From Vicugna vicugna (Eukaryota): a stretch of 64,000 nucleotides of DNA. This document shows, piece by piece, positions 12,817 to 24,640 of the stretch. The translations under genes were made by a program, and so were the position numbers. Position 1 is the first letter of the stretch, and each line of letters opens with the position of its first letter. The notes under the pieces were generated by a model. That model searched no databases and was not told the origin of the DNA. It saw only the letters and a list, made by a program, of their open reading frames with translations. The stretch spans positions 1,547,451 to 1,611,450 of the forward strand of contig MU058289.1 of NCBI GenBank assembly GCA_013265495.1, given 5' to 3'.

Positions 12817-13342
12817 CTATTATGAGAACAAATAATCTTTAGTGTATCAAGTTTTAAAGAACATTTTCCAGCCAAACTATGTAGCACTAATTCCCAAATT
12901 AAAGCTAAGTAATTCCTAAAGATCAAATAAAAATAAGCACCTTATCTAAATCATCACAGACTGTCCATGGCAATATGTCCCTATAATATTCTGTTCAACT
13001 TCATGTGAAAATATGACTGGTATTAAGTTTCTTGTAAATGTAGTTGATAATACAGAGAAACTGACAGCAGCCCTGATGTAGTGGGAACTCATATGTAATG
13101 GGACTGGCAATTGACTACTCCCTCCAATCAGCCCCAAAGGAAGAAAGGGCAAAGACAGGAAAGGAAACCCTGTCTCAGGAAGTGATGAGAAGGAAGGTAG
13201 ATCCCCAGGTTCCTAGTATGCTCCTGGCCAAATCTCTGGACCGGATGCCTCAAGCAAGTGTCTGAATTGTTGCTGCCGCCGCCGTAAAGTCCAGACAGGA
13301 CTCAGAATCATCCCCATCCATGCTGAAATTTTAGTAGACGAC

Positions 13343-13360
13343 TGCCACCAGGTGGCACTA
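13343..13360 (+). promoter_or_regulatory. CTCF-like motif TGCCACCAGGTGGCACTA in intron 8
   Basis: Close match to the CTCF core CCACCAGGKGGCRC; several CpGs retained nearby. Confidence 0.6.
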
Positions 13361-13644
13361 AACTGCAACTAGGAGAACGACAATTTGGATGGGGAGCAGA
13401 AACTCTTGAACTTTTAGTTTGTTATACTGGGTCCTTTCATTAACCAATTTTCTGGATCTGTATTTACTACACTATGGCAGAGGTTTACTATATTAGTAAA
13501 CTTCATCTGAACTACTTCGTAAAGGGGTAAAGCGTTTAGATGTTAGCTGAATGTTTCTATTTTAATTACTAATTTTCAACTGTCAATGCATCCCCAAACC
13601 AAAGTATATTATTTTTTCTTTTCAAAGAGCAGTATCATATATTA

Positions 13645-13823
13645 TACTGTATAGCAAAGGGAAATATATATAAGATCTTATGGTAACTCACATTGAAAAA
13701 AAATGTGACAATGAATATATAAGTTCATGTATAACTGAAAAATTGTGCTCTACACTGGCATTTGACACAACATTGTAAAATGACTACAACTCTATAAAAA
13801 AAAGTAAAAAAAAAGTAAAAAAA
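13645..13823 (+). mobile_element. Short L1 3'-end fragment in intron 8
   Basis: Matches the tail of the 36.8-37.0 kb element (aaaattgtgctctacactgg...ttgacacaacattgtaaaatgac) plus an A-rich tail. Confidence 0.78.
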
Positions 13824-13978
13824 TAGCATTATATAAAATTTTTTATAAATTATTTTCTTTTAGCAAAAACACTGAAAAACTGCAGTCATTGCATATTTTT
13901 AAGTATTCAGTAAACTTTGTGAATTTATAAGAAATCATTTCACACTTCAACATCTTAAGAGCAACTTAAAAACTGTAC

Positions 13979-14150
13979 CTATTATCATCACAAGAAATAT
14001 TATCAAAGAAGGATTTAGTTTTGTCATAATAGCAATTAGGTCCAAGTGGATCTTCTTCATCTGCATTTCCTTCACTGTTTTGGGTATCAACTCCTGAGTC
14101 TCCTTTATCTTCACCATTTACAGGCTTCTCCTGTTTCTCAAGTTTATCTT
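13979..14150 (-). CDS. LSM14A: LSM14A exon 8 (172 nt), FFD box ([15 protein letters not shown])
   Basis: Acceptor aatag|AA, donor AG|gtacag; lies within ORF 13966..14211. Confidence 0.96.
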
Positions 14151-14255
14151 CTATTGAAAAATAAGTACATACAATAAAAGTCAAGGCTTGTACCAAACAT
14201 CCATAATTCACAAGTCAAATAAGAGTATTTTCTGAATAGAAAAATGAAAACATAC

Positions 14256-14438
14256 CTTTCAATTTAAGTTTATTATGAAACTCTCTGTCAATTTCCTCCT
14301 TGTTAAATTGTGCATTTGCACTTTCAAAGTCAAAGTCTTTCTCAAATTTCATTGGACCATCTCGTCGAATACCAAATCTTCCCCTGCCACCTCGATGACC
14401 CCCACGCCCTCTCCTTGGAGCTGAAGGAGCACCTGGAA
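14256..14438 (-). CDS. LSM14A: LSM14A exon 7 (183 nt), first RGG box and FDF motif ([17 protein letters not shown])
   Basis: Acceptor atag|TT, donor AAG|gtatgt; lies within ORF 14215..14454. Confidence 0.96.
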
Positions 14439-16727
14439 CTATATTAATAAGCAAATAAAGAATTAGCTGGATTAGAGCAGAAGCTATTATTGTGATCTTT
14501 ATATTAAAGAGTCAACAACAGAAATGCTTACAAGTCTCTATATACATTACTATATTTGTATTTTTTTAAATAAAAAAGAAAGTTTCACAAACATTTAATA
14601 CATAACAGACTGGGAACAGCACACATATTTATAAACTTGAAATTTATAAATGGCACACATGAACTTTATATCTATGGGGTCTATACTCATAAATGCTGAC
14701 AAGAGTGTACAACCAAACAACTTGGGAGACTTCTGTACTAAATTACTGTGTACTCCTTGAGGGCAGGGGTTTTGTTCTGCTTATAATCCCTAATACCTAC
14801 AGAGTGTCAAACATCTGAAGGGTTCTCAAAATTTAGGAAGCTTTTTATGGAAAGGATCATAGAAACCAAAATTTAAGGTAAGAAAAATAAATGAACACTT
14901 ATCAGCACAAACTGCAAGACAGGAGGTGTTATTTCCACCTCACAGATAGCACAAAAGACAAGAAGCACCAGGCTCAACCACTCCAACCACTTCCTGCTTC
15001 ACTTTTACTGTCTCCCTCTAAATGGCTCCATATTAGTCAAGTCTTTCTTTACAATTTAATACAACCACAAGACTTATGAGGTATGATGAAGCAATACCAA
15101 AACAGCATAAATTACAGTGAACACTTGAGAACCCAAATATGCAACACAAGAGGAATAGTTAAGTGGAAAAAAATAAAAAGAGAAACATGGAATGGTATTT
15201 GATGTGAGTTAACAGAAAAATACAGAGCACAAAGCAGCATGAACTTAAAGATTATAATTATGTGAAGTGTTTAACACATACCGATAAAGATGAGAAGTGA
15301 CTATAGACTAATAGACAGGTTTGGGCTCACTGTTCACTGAACATTTGGCAAATTATCCAAGTTTGAGAAAACAAATCACAAAAACCTACAGCAGTATATC
15401 CAGACACTTAAATCTAGACAAGCAGGATGTTTAAATATTTAACTTTACTACTGAAAATGTCTTGGCCACAAACCATAAAGTACAGCATGATACTTCTGTC
15501 TGAAATTTTGAAGGGCAGTGAAAAGGTACTTTTATTTACTACTTCACATGATTTCTGAATGATGAAAGCATGGCAATTGTTTTATCTTGAGGGAGGAGTT
15601 CTTTCTTTTTCCAAATTAAAAAAAGTGAAATATAGTAAACAAACCAGAAACTCTATGTTCTACGGTACATACAAAAACACACATAAAAATGTACAGAAGA
15701 AACAGTGTTTATACACATTTAAAAATATATCTAGTTTTCTAAAATTGAGTAAAAGATCATCTTCCAATTATTACATAATTGAGGTGATTACACACCTTTA
15801 GTTTTTAATTTGGAAGAGTTTTAAATTATAATTTATTCTCTGCTAATAAATTTAAAAATAATAAAATGGATGGATTTAGGATAAATGTTATAGATTACAA
15901 AAGAGAGAAAGTATTCAACCATATTAAATCAGTAACTATGAAAGAAAGCTAAAGTACTTGAACAATTACTTCCAAAAAAGGGGCTCAAGGCTTAATTTTA
16001 ATAAAACTTTTCAAACTTTTATGGTATAGCTAATTCTGTTCTTAAAAGCATAGAAAACCATGTAAACAATTTTATAACGTTAACATGAAACGACAAAACA
16101 ACAAAAAAATACAAAAGGTAGCATAAAGGAGAAAGCCACACAACAATGTACATGTACGTGCACAGAACCTACTAGCATATTACATTCAAGAATATGTTAA
16201 AAGGAATTGCCTACCATCAAATAGGGTTTATTCCAGACATGTAATGATAATTAAAAAAAACCTTTCATTTAAAAATAATTAGACCAAAACCAAAACCAAA
16301 CCACTCCCCCCGTCACAAAACAAACGAATGGTCCTGTGCGCCCATTATCCAGTTTCCCCTCCAATAGTAACATCTTATTTAACTATTATTTATTATCAAA
16401 AATCAGGAAAAAACCAGGACACTGGCATAATATAATAAACTACATTACAGAGCTCATTCAGATTTCAAGTTTTGCATGTACTCATTTTGGGATACGTCTT
16501 TATGTATAGTTCTATGACCTTTTGCTACATATACAGATCCACACAACTACCAGCAAAATCAAGATAAACAACTATTTGGTTACCACAATGAAACGCCCTT
16601 GTGCTTATCCTTTATATTGTCAACTCTTGCCATTCATTTTTTTAATAGTAAATATGTATCATATGTTCAAATGTTCTCTCTATTGAGAAGCACAGGATAT
16701 GGCTTTCAGATACAAGTAACAACTTAC

Positions 16728-16793
16728 CTATTTGTCTCTTGCTATCATTTCTGAGTTGCTCATTTTCTGGTCTTGAAACTTTGTGTACTTCAG
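16728..16793 (-). CDS. LSM14A: LSM14A exon 6 (66 nt; [22 protein letters not shown])
   Basis: Acceptor tatag|CT, donor AG|gtaagt; read by hand because it is too short for the ORF track. Confidence 0.93.
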   Translation of the reverse strand: MKYTKFQDQKMSNSEMIARDK

Positions 16794-17070
16794 CTATAGA
16801 ACATATAAAAAGTGACAATCAACTCAGGACACATAATAAACTTTTTGTTAAGTTTAAATGGAAAAACAAACAAATCAACCACAAAATCAAAAATCTACCC
16901 CCACCACCATCACTACTTTGAGTCAAATTTGAAAGACTGAACATTCTATCAAGTTCAGTTTAAACTTTCTAGGCTCATTCACATAAAATAAAACTTTTTT
17001 TTTTTAATGAAAATAAGGTTGGAAGATGTCAACCAGTCAATTAAGAAACAGTAAACAGCTAAAGTTCTAC

Positions 17071-17247
17071 CTCGCCTGTGCTCTTGATTCTCTATTGCTT
17101 TTTGGCTGGTAGATGGTAAAGGCCTGGTTGATACAGGGCTCCTCCTCCCAACAGGTGCCGGAGCAGGTAAGTGGGCCGAGGCGGTCTGTACTGCTTGTTC
17201 CATGGTTGGGCTTTTTCTCAAAGGGTCTAACTGAGGGCTTGAACGAC
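17071..17247 (-). CDS. LSM14A: LSM14A exon 5 (177 nt; [59 protein letters not shown])
   Basis: Acceptor ttttag|GT, donor GAG|gtagaa; frame consistent. Confidence 0.95.
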
Positions 17248-20200
17248 CTAAAACGTAACCAAAAGATAAGAAACTACCCTATCCTTCGGGGATTTCAAAA
17301 TAATCTAGACCCTAAAAAAAAGGTGTAGAGTTTTATTTCTACCAATCAAATCCTCAGCACAAATCTGAGTTCATCTACTCATTAGATCAGAGCTTCAAAC
17401 TGTTTATCTTTAGCAGGCTGGTCATAAGATTGGTTAAAAAAATTTTTTTTAACCACCCCCACACCCACCAAACAAAAAAATTCTGAAACTTTATCTGTAT
17501 TTCTACCTAGTGGAATAAGGTTTAAATAAGTTTTTCAAAAACTGCTGCTGATAAAAGATTCCCCAGGAATATTATAAAGATGGTAGGTCAGATGCAGGCT
17601 TTCCCCAATAACCACAACCACAAGATCATACTGGCATTTTAACCATTATTTCCAGAGGCTTTTTTAGTATTTTCCAAAGATATGTCTAAAGCGATACCTT
17701 TATACCTGTAAGTATTATCTTCATTAAATTTCCATTATAAAGGAAGTAAAGAACTAGAAAGTCAGGTGAAGTTCTTCAGTACCTTAGGGGCTTGGGTAAT
17801 TAAACATCAATATTAAAAGGCCAGCAATAAACCTTTCAGATAAACACACAGTAGTCATTCTCATTCTTTGCTATCTGAATGATCTCTCGGCAAATTTTTG
17901 CTTAATATGGGTTTTGTACTTACAAATTCTATTTTTCCTTTTATGAAGTCAGAGTCTGGTCACAGTACAAACAGAAAATTTTTAACACTGGATGCTCCCA
18001 TCATGCTTTTTGTCCCTAATGCTTGCTGTAAGCTCTGCTCAAGGTGCTCTCACAACCCATGATATTGCGCCAAAATAGGTTTTTAATGCTCACTTTATGT
18101 TAAAAAAAATCCCAAATATGCTGCAAACTTACTACCCACCTGTGCATATCTGCACAGGCTCCAAACTGGTAAACTGGTGAGTAATGACAGCACACTGGTT
18201 GTGCAACAGGTGCTTCATGGACTGTTTATTAGTAATACTCCCCAAGTACATGGTTATCTAAAGTATGCAATTACAAATATGTGTCACCATTTCCAGCCAG
18301 TAATGCCAAAGTTTACTCTGCCAGTAATAGAAACACTGTAATTTTCCTATTGATTATAATGGGAAATCATGGTAGTTTAAGTTTTGGCCTATGAGAAAAC
18401 ATTTTGTAATCGTTTATCATCTTGTGAAAGGATTTATTTATAAAACAAACATTAAGGTTTTGAAAAGCCTATTGTTTAAGTAATTTTACAATAGTATATT
18501 AAATGACTTTATAAATTTATAAAACTTTACTTCATTAAGGCTTTTCTTTAAGCCTGTGACTCAAAGTATTACAGAACTGCAAGTGATAGGGCAATCACAG
18601 CAGGTAATAACTCATTTGTTGCATAACTTGAAAACTTTCATAATTAAAGTCTAGTACTATAAAAAAAAAGTCTAGTATTACATCATGATGTCAATTTTGT
18701 TGTAAACAGTGAAATATAGCTGATACTGGACATACTATACATACATAAACTCAGAAACTCTTTTAGCATAATAAAAATACTCCCTCAAGCTGGCTTCACA
18801 TTTTTATCATCACAGTTATAAGAAAATCAAGAAAACTCTAGGTGTTTAAATTTTGTAAAATTTAGAAATTTTAGTCGGTAAAATTTAAACACAGATCCCC
18901 AGGTCTTCTCTCCCACTGCTTTATATAACCACACCTCTTCTTCTAATAAATATGTAATTTTAAGAAACATTTAAATCTATTTAAAACTAGTTTAGACCTA
19001 AGTACCAGGGAAAGATTCTACAGTTATTTTTCCAAATGATCAGGCAGTTGTCTGTCCCAACAGCATTTATTCAATAGCTAGTCTTTCTCTACTAGTTTAA
19101 AGATATCTTTATCATATACTAATTACTGCTTTATTTTATGTATACTTTATTAAGGAGATAAGCCCTATCTCATTACTTTATTTTTAAAATATGTCTAGCT
19201 ATACTTCCATGCTTACTTTTAAGACAGTCTATGTAATCTGTTTTACCAGGTTCTTACTATTCCATTTGAATTTAATGGAACTATAGTAAATTCAATTATC
19301 ATGAGAAGTAAAGTCTTTCTAATACTAAATCTTTGTTAACGAGGAATAAGATACATTTCTCCAGTGATACGTGACTTCTTTTATGTCCCTCTATTACATT
19401 TTGTATCCTTCATCAGAGAGGTTGGTCATATTTCTTGTTATGTATTTTATACATAATTTGAATTTCTCATCATTGTGAATATCCCCATTAATAATCAGTG
19501 GGTTAGGTCTTAGGACAACTATCAATTTTTATTCATATTCTCTACATTTTACCTCTAATTTAAGTCCCAATTTAGTCTGGGTTTTTCAGTGAATTCTCAA
19601 TTGCAAGTAGAAAGTCATCACTAGCAAATAATACTAATTAAAAAAATAACAATGTTAATTTTAATATTTATACCTCTTACTTCTTTTTCACATATTCCTG
19701 ATATAGCTAAAAATTCCAGAACAATGCTGAGGAGCATCTTTATTATTTTAATAAGAATTCTCCTTGTGCTTCAATATTAAGGTTAATGGTGGTTATTAAT
19801 TAATATAGCTAACATCTACCTAGCAGGTTCTGTGTCATGCACTGTGCTACAGGCACTGCATGCATTTAAAAAAATTTAACCCCAACAATAAGTTTGTTAG
19901 TTTATCAGTAAAGTCCCATTTAAACTAAAGCTCCACTTTATAGTTTAGAAAACGAATGCTTAAAAAGTTTTTTTCTCTAAGAATTTTTTTTAAAGAATGA
20001 ATTCTTATTGAAAAAAACAAAACAATACACATATACACAAGTATACACTTATGTTAACTTAGAGAAAAGGCTGGAATGTTAAGTATATTCTGGATAGTGA
20101 GATTACGGGTATTTTCACTTTTTTCTTATGCTTTGTGTACTTCCAATTCACCTACAACAAATCTTTAGAATGTTACAAAATTAAAAATTAAGTTATTCCA

Positions 20201-21063
20201 AATCAGTATGAATAAAAGTGACTACAATTATTTCAAAATATCTAAAGTGAGATACACAGGATTATGTTTAGCATTGGCTTGATTTTACCTTCAAAAGCTT
20301 TAAAAAATACTGTCCTGTGATTATGGTATCTTTCTAAAATGACTTCATGCTGTTTTATTTAAAAGTAAACATCCATATAAAGCAATGAGCCAGTAATATT
20401 CACTTTAGCAGCAGATAAAAATAGATCAGGAATCTCGGGACCACTGAAGGTTATGTGACTGGCTGGTAAAAAAATCCAGAATTAAAAAAAAAAAAAGAAA
20501 AAACAAACAGGATCCTTTAAGAAGCTTATTAAAATGCCAATCCCCAAGTTTCAGGGATTCTGATGTAGCAATTCTCAGGATCTATAGTTTTAAGAAACAC
20601 TCCAGATCAGACGGTTTGGTTTTGGGTGGTCTACACTGAGAGTCACTGCTCTAGATTCTATGAGGATGCTAGGAAAGCAACAGCATAATGAATAGTTTGT
20701 TTCCTCATCAAAATCATCAAAGATAATTCATCCTCAGTGGTGAGCCTGGGACTGACTTGTAATATGTAAGTATTATATACAAATATTACATACAATATAA
20801 TAACATTGCTCTGTAAAAAATAAGTCTGTAAAAAATAAGTCAGTGTTCACTGTTTCAGTTTTATGATCTAAGAATTATAAAAAGTCTAAATAGTGGAAGT
20901 CATTCAATAATGTACTTACTGCTAATGACAATTAGAAAAATTAGAACAGAACTAAATGGAAATTATGCATGAGATTTACAAGCTGCAAAAGCTGTTACAT
21001 TCAGAGAAAGATACCACTACAGAAATTTAGAACAGAAATATTTGAAGGAACAAAACAGCTTAC

Positions 21064-21186
21064 CTTGAGATAACTGTGTTTTTAGAGATCTTGTATCCTG
21101 TGTAAAGGCAGAACCAACTGCACTACTTTGGGATAGGGTACCGCTGTTTGGTGCTTCTGTTCCAAAGGATGTCAAAGAGCTTCCAG
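21064..21186 (-). CDS. LSM14A: LSM14A exon 4 (123 nt; [41 protein letters not shown])
   Basis: Acceptor aaag|CT, donor AAG|gtaagc; lies within ORF 21017..21211; symmetric phase 1-1. Confidence 0.94.
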
Positions 21187-22676
21187 CTTTAAGAATTTTT
21201 TTTAATGACAAAAAAAAAAAAGGTTTTAAATTTTAAACCTTTCAGTTATACAAAGTAATATACTTTTTAAATAATGGTTAACTGTCACCCCCTTGTAACA
21301 CTTGTGCAACTTAGTAACGGAAATTAATGAAACTGAATTAAACATAGAGCAATCTTTGACCAGCACCCTTGGATGCAACAATTTTCTGTAATATGCTGTC
21401 CTAGGCAATTATGCAGATGGGACAGCAAGGACACACATCAGATAGAGAAGTAGCAGAAATGGTACATTTTACACCATCTGTACAGTCAAATCAGCAGACT
21501 CGTCAAGGCAATGGACAACGGAGAGTCCATTTTAATGCTTTCCATCAGGACAGTATTGTACGGCTGCATTCTGCCTAAAGCAACCACAAAAAGTTCTGGT
21601 AATATGAGTAACAAAACCCTAGAAAAGACCCAATTCTTTGCTATATTAGGTTATGTCAATCTTCTCTACATTTCTTCACTGTTTACAGATCATTCACTTT
21701 CCATATGCTGTGTTCTCTTCTTACTTAATATTTAATCTATGTAGGATTCCTCTAGCAGGAACTGTTTCAATAGCTTTTCTTCCCCCACCTCTAAATCCAA
21801 TCTAAAAATGGAATCAGAATAATCTTTTACAAAACAGAAACATAATCACATTACTACAGAGCCCAGTACCCTCTGACTTTCCACTGCCTGCAATAAAAAG
21901 TTCAAACTATTTATCTCAGTTTATAAGTCCCCCTTATCTGCCTATTTCTTCTCTCATTAGTTTCCTTACTTTCACCAATCTACTTCACAACAGAAGTCTA
22001 TCCATCTGCTTTTAAAGTATTTGAAGGTTACGATCATGCTCCTTGCAATCTTCTCATTTCCAAGCTAAGCAACTCCAGTTCCTTCAACCATTACTCACCT
22101 TTACATGGTCTTTAAGCCTTCCTGCTTTTGACTTCTCCTAATTTAATAAATTCTAGTTGTTCATATCCCTCTTAACATGAGGCATCAGAACCCAGTACAG
22201 TACCTGAGACAGTAAGAATCAATGGGACTCCTTTAGAGGTGCCATCCAGTCAGGCTGCAGTCCCAGTCAGCTCAGGAGACCCCTAACGTAACTTCCCAAA
22301 ACCCCCAAAATGTTGGGACTAGTGCTTTCAATAATTCTGTGGAATGCTGAATCTACCCCATTATCCCTAGTATTTCTGGGCAATGACCAAGACGTAAACC
22401 ACTCTGATGATATGTATTCAACCTCCATGCTGCTGTGTTTTCTTAGTCAACCTCCCACTGCTTGTCCTCATGGTTAGCGAACTCTTCTATATCCTCCACC
22501 ACTTTTCTGAGTTCCTGGTCATACTACTCACCTCCTTCACCCCGATTCTGTTATTGATTTATCTCAAATCATTTTTTATGTGTAGTGTGAGGCAGGGAGC
22601 AAGGTTAATTTTTTCCAAATAGATACCCAGCTGCTGAAGCATCACCTTTTTTAACAGATCTTTTTTCCCCAATGTT

Positions 22677-22800
22677 CTTTTTTCAGTAGGGGCGGGTAAT
22701 TAGGTTCACTGATTTATTTATTTAATGGAGGTACTGGGGATTGACCCCAGGACTTTGTGCATGCTAAGCAAGCACTCTACCACTGAGCTATACCATCCCC
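22677..22800 (-). mobile_element. tRNA-derived SINE (same family)
   Basis: Reverse complement reads ggtatagctcagtggtagagtgc...gtcctggggtcaatccccagtacctccattaaataaataaa. Confidence 0.82.
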
Positions 22801-23261
22801 TCTGCAACATCACTTGTTATAAAAAAAGATTTTCCCCTCTCCACTGAACTGCACTGGCATCTCTGTTTTAAATCAGTATTTAAGAAGGTCTATTTCTGCA
22901 CTCTCTATTCTTTACACCCAGGTGTATTTGTCTATTCTTACATCAATAATTTCTTGTTCTGATTACTGTAACTTTATAGTAAGTATTGAAACTGGATGTA
23001 AATCTCAGGTTTCCTCCTTCAAGATTGTTTTGACTATTCTAGGTTTTGTATTCCATACGAATATTTGAATCAGCATGTCAATTTCTATTTTTAAAGTGTC
23101 TGATAGGATTTTGATCAGGATTATGGTCAATTTGTAAATCAGTTTTGGAGACAGTGTCATCATAAAAATAACATTGAATCTTTTAACCCATAAGCATGGA
23201 TTAGCACTCTTATTTAGATTTTTAATTTCTCTCAGCAATGTTTTGTGTTTTTTATTGTAGA

Positions 23262-23490
23262 GCAGAGTTTTCCAAACGGTACTGACATTTTGGGCCAGAT
23301 AATTGTTTGTTGGGAGGGGTTATCCTCTGCGTTGTAGAATGTTAAGTAGCATCTCTGGCCTCCACCCACTAGTTACTAGTAGTATCTCCCAGTTGTGACA
23401 ACCAAAAATGTCTCCAGACATTACCAAATGTTCCCTGAGGGAAGGGGGGGGGAGGTAAAAATGATTCCCCTTGCCACTAAGAACCACTCA
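23262..23490. mobile_element. MER20-like hAT-Charlie DNA transposon fossil
   Basis: actgacattttgggccagataatt...cccagttgtgacaaccaaaaatgtctccagacatt...aagaaccact. Confidence 0.8.
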
Positions 23491-23604
23491 GTTATAAAAG
23501 TTTTGAAATATCTTTTGTTATATATTCATTCTTGGGTATCTGATGTTATTGATGCTACTGCAAGTTGTGTTGCATTTTATATTTAATTTACCAATAATCT
23601 GTTC

Positions 23605-23800
23605 TAGATGAGCAAACTTTAACTGTAAGTGGCTGGATGATCTCTGTTATAACTATACAACTCTGCCCTTACAGTGTAAAAGCAGCCACAGACAACATGT
23701 AAATAAATGGGTATGGCTGCATTCCAATAAAACTATTGGCAAAAAACAGGAGGCTGGTGGGATTTGGTCCACAGGACATAGTTTGCCGACCTGTCTGTTC
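23605..23800. mobile_element. MER58A-like hAT-Charlie fossil
   Basis: aaagcagccacagacaacatgtaaataaatgggtatggctgcattccaataaaact...atagtttgccgacc. Confidence 0.75.
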
Positions 23801-24518
23801 TACGATACAAAAATACAGTTGAGTTTTGTATATTTACCATGTATCCCCTTACTATGCTAAATGTACTTTTTCATTCTAGTGGTTTGAATATTATTTCGTG
23901 TTTTCTAGGTACACAATCATGTCACCTTCATATAAAGATATTTTTTAGTTCTGCCTTCCCAATATTTAAATCAATCATTCTTTCTTTTCTTTTCTTTCCT
24001 TCCTTCTTTCTTTCTTAACGTAATGAAATGACTAGGGCCTCAAGAACAACACTACATGAAATGGTAAGAGACAATTTGGCTTTTGCTTTATTCTTTGCAT
24101 CAAGGGAAAAGCATTCATTGATCCAAATTAGGAAATTCCCTCCTATTCCTTAGTTGTTGATACACTGATGTTGAATTTTATCAAATGCCTGTTCTGTATC
24201 TCTTGGGACTGCAGTTCTTCTCCTTTATTCTGTTAATGTGGTAAATTACTAATGATTTTCAAATGTTAAAATATTCTTGCACTCCTGAGATAAACCTTAC
24301 TTTGTCATTAAGTACTATTCTTTTTATGGATTGCTGGCATCCACTGCTTGTACTGTGTCCAGGATTTTTACATGTATGTTCATGGAAATTAGCTTTAATT
24401 TTATTCTCGTCGAATGACTTCATTAGATTTTGGTATCTCAGTTAGCTTGCCTTGATTATCTGATTAGGAAGAGTCTTCTTCCTTTATTTTCAAAGAGTTT
24501 GTGTAAGATTGTAAAATT

Positions 24519-24640
24519 AGGGGGGAGGCTATAGCTCAAATGGTAGAAAGTCCTAGATTTAATCCCCAGTACTGCCTCTAAAATAAATAAATAAACCTAA
24601 TTACCCCTCCCCTCAAAAAACTATATACATATAAATAAAA
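24519..24640 (+). mobile_element. tRNA-derived SINE, internally deleted
   Basis: ggggaggctatagctcaaatggtaga...aatccccagtac...aaataaataaataaacctaattacc; flanked by aagattgtaaaatt / aagattggtaaaatt. Confidence 0.75.
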
